18,434 nucleotides of DNA, taken from the IMG/VR virus record IMGVR_UViG_3300021430_000416, positions 1-18,434 of that record; one strand, written 5' to 3'. Under the pieces are notes generated by a model. The model saw only the letters and a list, made by a program, of their open reading frames with translations. It did no database searches and was not told the origin of the DNA. This stretch comes from a virus. Taxonomy: Duplodnaviria; Heunggongvirae; Uroviricota; Caudoviricetes. A program made the position numbers and the translations under genes. Shown here in pieces: positions 14,390 through 18,434 of the stretch; the stretch's first letter is position 1; every line of letters starts with the position of its first letter.

Positions 14390-15193
14390 ATGAAAATCTC
14401 AATCGAAAAAGAACTTGAAAAAAAGGTTCAAAGTCAAAAACTTACGTTTGACCCGGTTAATGAAGTTAAACTCCTAATGGAGGTACATGAAACGGAGAAA
14501 ACAAGAATCCTTCGCGGATTATCCAACAACTCACAATTCAGTCGTGTTGAAAAATTAATGGGTAAACAGATGGATTTGGAAAAATTGGAGAACACATATG
14601 ATGGTAGAGTTTACACAATCGAGCAGATTAAAGACTTGTGTATAGACTACAACTTGAGATTCTTACCGAGTAAATACTTTACAGGTAGTTTTGATGTTGA
14701 AGTGGCGGGAAAAATTTTGGAGTTCTCTAGTAAAACAAATACATCGGTTGACGATTACACATTGAAACATAGTTTCTTTGTCATGGCACCTCAAGAGATG
14801 TTTACATTGAAAGACGAAAAGTACATCACCAAAAGGGAATTAGACCCAGCGATTTTCTATAAAATCGATGATACTCATTATCGTTTGATACACAAGTGGG
14901 GAGATGACTTCACAATCTTCCGTTTGTTAATGGGTTTCAGATTCAGAAGTTGGTGGCATCACCAATGGTTCAACACCGCAATGGTTTTACCAATCTTCGC
15001 ACTAATCACAATAATGTTGTTTGGGTCAAAGAATGTGTTTGACCACCCGGTTAGTTTAACTCTTTTAACAATTACAATGAGTTTCCTATTTTCATATTTC
15101 CGTTGGGGATGGGGTAAACATGATGAAGGTGATGAGATTGGTGGATTTTTTAACAGAAAAAATTGGAATTCAGATTCTAAAATTAGAAGATAA
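14390..15193 (+). CDS. Hypothetical membrane protein (2 C-terminal TM)
   Basis: ATG14390 is preferred because TTG14369 lies in the promoter. Soluble domain with 'IKDLCIDYNLRFL' and 'DPAIFYKID..HYRLIHKWG.DF'; two hydrophobic helices near the C-terminus. Confidence 0.7.
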   Translation: MKISIEKELEKKVQSQKLTFDPVNEVKLLMEVHETEKTRILRGLSNNSQFSRVEKLMGKQMDLEKLENTYDGRVYTIEQIKDLCIDYNLRFLPSKYFTGSFDVEVAGKILEFSSKTNTSVDDYTLKHSFFVMAPQEMFTLKDEKYITKRELDPAIFYKIDDTHYRLIHKWGDDFTIFRLLMGFRFRSWWHHQWFNTAMVLPIFALITIMLFGSKNVFDHPVSLTLLTITMSFLFSYFRWGWGKHDEGDEIGGFFNRKNWNSDSKIRR

Positions 15194-16083
15194 TGAAAAA
15201 AGTATTAGTAAGAAAAGGGGTTTTTGAAACCAACAGTAGTTCTTCACATAGTATCTCAATTGCTGACGATACAAAACAGTTTGTGTTAGATACTATATAT
15301 CCTAATCAACACGGTGTTGTTGAAGTGATGGGCGATGAATTTGGTTGGGAGTGGTTCAAACATAATGATGCAGTAACAAAGGCATCTTATGTTGCACAAC
15401 AATTCAAACATAACGATTCGGCATTAGAAACGTTGGCGGAAGTTATTAAAGAACAAACAGGTGCGGATGAAGTTAAGTTCATTGATTTGGATAATGGTTA
15501 TGTTGACCATGATTCATACGGTATTGTACCATCGGACAAAGAATCTTTAAAGAATTTCATTTTCAATAGAAACTCATGGTTATTTGGTGGTAACGATAAC
15601 TCAACCGCAGACCCAACATTCTATGATGTTCCCGAATTTCGTGATGGTCGTGTTGTTGTACCTGAGTACAAATATGAATTGAGTGTTGAGGGATACGGAA
15701 AGACAACCAAATTCAAAAGTAAACCAAATAAAGAAGAAATTGAAAATGGTTTACATTCATTGTTACAGGGAGTTTATTTGGGTGAAAATGGTTACTTCGA
15801 TGATGACAATAGTATATTTGCTCAATTGGGTAGAGACCGAAACCATATGTATGAGTTCTCAACTTGGAAGTGTCCGATAGATTATAGAGGAAAGTATCTT
15901 TATTTTGTTAAAGATGCTTGGAATGAAGCAAAACGTATATTTGACCAAGACCCTGAAAACCGTAAACTTGAATGGTCAAGTGATGGATATCGTAAATGTA
16001 GAGAAATTGGGGAGTCTTTAATCAAAGACAAAAAATCGGGTTTCTCTAAAAAGGTGAAATTCCATGTTAAAGAAATACAATAA
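15193..16083 (+). CDS. Conserved hypothetical protein with N-terminal 'RKGVFETNSSSSHS' motif
   Basis: 'VRKGVFETNSSSSHSISI', 'GYVDHDS', 'FIFN.NSWLFGGNDN'. TAATG coupling upstream and a 20-nt overlap with the radical SAM gene. Confidence 0.75.
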   Translation: MKKVLVRKGVFETNSSSSHSISIADDTKQFVLDTIYPNQHGVVEVMGDEFGWEWFKHNDAVTKASYVAQQFKHNDSALETLAEVIKEQTGADEVKFIDLDNGYVDHDSYGIVPSDKESLKNFIFNRNSWLFGGNDNSTADPTFYDVPEFRDGRVVVPEYKYELSVEGYGKTTKFKSKPNKEEIENGLHSLLQGVYLGENGYFDDDNSIFAQLGRDRNHMYEFSTWKCPIDYRGKYLYFVKDAWNEAKRIFDQDPENRKLEWSSDGYRKCREIGESLIKDKKSGFSKKVKFHVKEIQ

Positions 16084-16963
16084 CGGAAATGCAACCATCT
16101 CTATTGACACCGATGGTAGTCGAGTGATTGAGTATGAAAATACTCTTTCACTTGATTATCCATTGAACATTGACATTAGAGTGTCAACACAATGTTCTTT
16201 CGGTTACAACCCAAAGACTGGTAAAGCGTTTTGTGATTTCTGTCACGAATCCGCAAGGACGGATGGTTCGGAGTGTGATTTTGAATTGTTACGTAATAAA
16301 TTAACCGGTCTACCAAAAGGTATTGAATTAGCCATTGGTGCAAATCAATTTACGGCGGGTTTATATGAGTTTATTTTATGGTGCAGTCTACAAGACTACA
16401 TCGTTAACCTTACGGTCAACCAAGGTCATTTAAAGAGGGATTCTGAAGGATTAAGACACATCATTGAGTGTGGTTTCATTAAAGGACTTGGAATCTCATA
16501 CCGTTCATCGTTGAAATGGGATGTACCTCAGTTTATTTTGGATTACGATAATACCGTGTTCCATGTTATTGCGGGTATTGATTCATTTCATGATGTTGAA
16601 GAGTTATCTAAAAAAGGTGTTAAGAAAATTTTAGTGTTAGGTGAAAAGGACTTTGGTTTTAATCAAGGTAAGGTAAACCTAACAACAAGAAAACACAAAG
16701 AATGGTTATGGTGGATTCGTAATATGTTCAATGTATTCGATGTAGTCTCTTTCGATAACTTGGCACTTGAACAACTAAGAATAAACAGATTCTTTACCGA
16801 TAAAAATTGGGAAGTGTTTAATCAAGGTGAACATTCTTTCTATATTAATGCCGTTGATGGGTACTTTGCCCCATCAAGTAGAAGTAACATGAAATCTCAT
16901 TGGGATATCTGTTCAGTTCCCGACTACTTCAAGTTAATTAGGAACACAGACCCACTAAATTAA
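16064..16963 (+). CDS. Radical SAM protein with atypical CX12CX2C motif
   Basis: 'NIDIRVSTQC-SFGYNPKTGKAF-CDFCHES', then 'ELAIGA', 'NLTVNQGH', 'GLGISY', 'FHVIAGID', 'ILVLGEKDFG', 'VSFDNLALEQL', 'FYINAV'. Confidence 0.8.
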   Translation: MLKKYNNGNATISIDTDGSRVIEYENTLSLDYPLNIDIRVSTQCSFGYNPKTGKAFCDFCHESARTDGSECDFELLRNKLTGLPKGIELAIGANQFTAGLYEFILWCSLQDYIVNLTVNQGHLKRDSEGLRHIIECGFIKGLGISYRSSLKWDVPQFILDYDNTVFHVIAGIDSFHDVEELSKKGVKKILVLGEKDFGFNQGKVNLTTRKHKEWLWWIRNMFNVFDVVSFDNLALEQLRINRFFTDKNWEVFNQGEHSFYINAVDGYFAPSSRSNMKSHWDICSVPDYFKLIRNTDPLN

Positions 16964-16990
16964 AATATTCCAAAAAAAATTTGGAATATT
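16964..16990. repeat. Perfect 11-bp inverted repeat overlapping a promoter
   Basis: AATATTCCAAA-AAAAA-TTTGGAATATT begins immediately after the radical SAM stop codon. Confidence 0.8.
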
Positions 16991-17011
16991 CAAAAAAGTC
17001 TATTAATTTTA
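16980..17011 (+). promoter_or_regulatory. Bacteroidota-type promoter with TTTG-N7-CAAA dyad
   Basis: TTTG(16980-83)-N20-TAATTTTA(17004-11), one mismatch; CAAA at 16991-94. Confidence 0.55.
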
Positions 17012-17030
17012 CATCGTTAAATTAAAAAAT

Positions 17031-17342
17031 ATGGAAGTATTATTTACATTAATTGGAGTAATCGGATTCATTGCTCTAATTGTCCTTTACGGAGCATTTT
17101 CATGGGGTTACGTATCGTACACGTTTTACAATTGGTTTGTGTTACCAACGTTTACTGATTTACCACACTTTACTATCATTCAGTTTGTGGGGTTCTCATT
17201 ATTCTTAAACACACTTATTCGTCACAGTTCAACACACATTAAAGACGAATACAAAGATAAGACAACCGAACATGTATCAGCATTTTTGATGCCGTGGTTA
17301 GTTTTATTCTTCGGATGGTTCATCAAAGTAGTATTATTTTAA
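17031..17342 (+). CDS. Small membrane protein (about 3 TM)
   Basis: Three hydrophobic segments in 103 aa. Confidence 0.75.
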   Translation: MEVLFTLIGVIGFIALIVLYGAFSWGYVSYTFYNWFVLPTFTDLPHFTIIQFVGFSLFLNTLIRHSSTHIKDEYKDKTTEHVSAFLMPWLVLFFGWFIKVVLF

Positions 17343-17354
17343 AATCAAAAGAAC

Positions 17355-17810
17355 ATGACAATTAAAGAACGTATTCAGTCTGATTTTATATCAGCATTGA
17401 AAAACAAAGATGAAATCGCAAAAACCGCATTGAGTGGTATTAAATCTAAGATTACGGAAGCGGAGAAAGCTAACGGTAACAAGGAACTATCAGATGATGA
17501 TGTTATCAAGGTTATCAACAAAGCAATCAAACAACGTGAAGAATCGATGAAGATTTATGGGGAAGCTGGTCGTGTTGAATTAGCAGCAAAGGAAGCCGAT
17601 GAGGCGATTGTGTTAAAAAAATACATGCCGGCCCAAATGACTGAAGAGGAAATTGAAGTGGCGGTACGTGAAATCATCCAAAGTTTGGATGGTGTTGTGA
17701 CCAATGCAAATGCGTTGGTTGGTAAGACCATGGGTACGTTTAATAAGAATTACCAAGGTCGTGCAGATTTAACAGTAGTTAGTTCAATCATCAAAAAAAT
17801 AGTAGGTTAA
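17355..17810 (+). CDS. yqeY: GatB/YqeY domain protein
   Basis: 'I.ERIQSDF..ALKNKDE...AL..IKS.I...EK', 'VI.K.IKQREES..IY..AGR.ELA.KE..E..VL.KYMP.Q.TEEEI', 'MG', 'GRAD...VS.IIK'. Confidence 0.9.
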   Translation: MTIKERIQSDFISALKNKDEIAKTALSGIKSKITEAEKANGNKELSDDDVIKVINKAIKQREESMKIYGEAGRVELAAKEADEAIVLKKYMPAQMTEEEIEVAVREIIQSLDGVVTNANALVGKTMGTFNKNYQGRADLTVVSSIIKKIVG

Positions 17811-17812
17811 TT

Positions 17813-18127
17813 ATGAAAAAGTACATCATTCCATCATTTTTTGCGTTGGTAATTTTAGTAACACTTGGTGTGTTTTATTCTTTTAGAGTAATAACTATGC
17901 CAGAGGAAGAAGTTACCTATGAAAAATATAGAGACAAACTGTCGGACACCGAAGTGGATTTGTATAATAAAAAGAAAACGTTCCGAACACCTTTGGAACA
18001 CAAAGAAGGTCATAAAAACGTAAGGTACGATGAGGTTAAAATAACACGTAAACGTACTGATTTTGGTTGGGAAACCAAAGTTGATACGTTGAAAACATAT
18101 GTTTTACTAGAAGAATGTGGTTGTTAA
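17813..18127 (+). CDS. Hypothetical protein with N-terminal membrane anchor
   Basis: Hydrophobic 'IIPSFFALVILVTLGVFYSF' followed by a soluble domain. Confidence 0.7.
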   Translation: MKKYIIPSFFALVILVTLGVFYSFRVITMPEEEVTYEKYRDKLSDTEVDLYNKKKTFRTPLEHKEGHKNVRYDEVKITRKRTDFGWETKVDTLKTYVLLEECGC

Positions 18128-18128
18128 T

Positions 18129-18434
18129 ATGAGTTTTAAATTTTACGAAGTTGGTGGAAAAGTTAGAGATGAAATCTTAGGATTACAATCTAAAGATATT
18201 GATTATGTGGCAGTCCCTGATGATGACCTCATCAGGGATGTTAGTTCTGCACATACTATGTTTGGTATTCTTGAAGGATATTTACGCACCGAAGGTTTTG
18301 AGGTTTTTTTGGTGACACCTGATTGCTTTACAATTAGGGCTAAGTTCCCACAAGGACATAAACACCAAGGTGTTGCGGACTTTGTTATGGCACGTAAAGA
18401 AATTGGGTACATTCTTGGTACAAGACAACCAAAC
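18129..18434 (+). CDS. Class II tRNA nucleotidyltransferase (CCA-adding/poly(A) polymerase family) head domain, 3'-truncated (not in ORF track)
   Basis: MSFKFYEVGGKVRDEILGLQSKDIDYVAVP...VADFVMARKEIGY contains 'VGG.VRD..LG...KDID' (DxD) and the later 'DF..AR.E' motif; open to the window end. Confidence 0.9.
   Translation, partial: MSFKFYEVGGKVRDEILGLQSKDIDYVAVPDDDLIRDVSSAHTMFGILEGYLRTEGFEVFLVTPDCFTIRAKFPQGHKHQGVADFVMARKEIGYILGTRQPN

Noticed and set aside
13313-16094. Alternative ORFs 13313-13576, 13774-14022, 13994-14197, 15683-15880 and 15900-16094
   Set aside because: Shadow frames of mgsA, the glucosaminidase and the FETNSSS gene. The plus-strand 15683-15880 ORF has no RBS, promoter or recognisable precursor-peptide features, so I did not accept it as a RiPP substrate.
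18203-18412. 69-aa minus-strand ORF in the track
   Set aside because: The real gene is the plus-strand nucleotidyltransferase from 18129, missed by the track because it has no stop inside the window.
1-18434. CRISPR array, tRNA genes, introns/inteins, IS elements, DGR repeats
   Set aside because: No repeat-spacer periodicity was seen, intergenic gaps are too short and are explained by promoters and terminators, and there are no transposase, RT or homing-endonuclease motifs. This was a visual scan only; tRNAscan-SE and Infernal would be decisive.

Overview
AT-rich (roughly one-third GC by eye), densely coding fragment of what is most likely a large lytic tailed phage infecting a Bacteroidota host. 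Phage evidence: many short, translationally coupled accessory genes, peptidoglycan hydrolases, a DenV-like glycosylase and RNA/nucleotide-processing enzymes, with no housekeeping operons. Host evidence: TTTG-N19/20-TAnnTTTG promoters, A-rich leaders without Shine-Dalgarno, and a signal peptide followed by Gln. I count 32 CDS, 30 on +. Two small ORFs (1149-1313, 1663-1767) and the 3'-truncated nucleotidyltransferase (18129->end) are missing from the ORF track, and the first ORF is open from the window edge. I saw no capsid, terminase, integrase, tRNA gene or CRISPR array. The intergenic DNA is highly structured, with two promoter-like motif classes (host-sigma type, often carrying a TTTG-N7-CAAA dyad, and a TATTTAT(A) type before virion-like genes) and four intrinsic terminators, each followed immediately by a promoter motif. 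Best leads: (1) a coupled pair of an 'FETNSSSSHS' protein and a radical SAM enzyme with an atypical CX12CX2C motif; (2) an intact phage methylglyoxal synthase between a predicted outer-membrane beta-barrel and a membrane-anchored glucosaminidase; (3) the promoter dyad; (4) a three-domain peptidoglycan hydrolase; (5) a 38% acidic DNA-mimic candidate; (6) a dispersed RNA/tRNA end-repair toolkit. All family assignments come from motif recognition by eye; no database searches were run.
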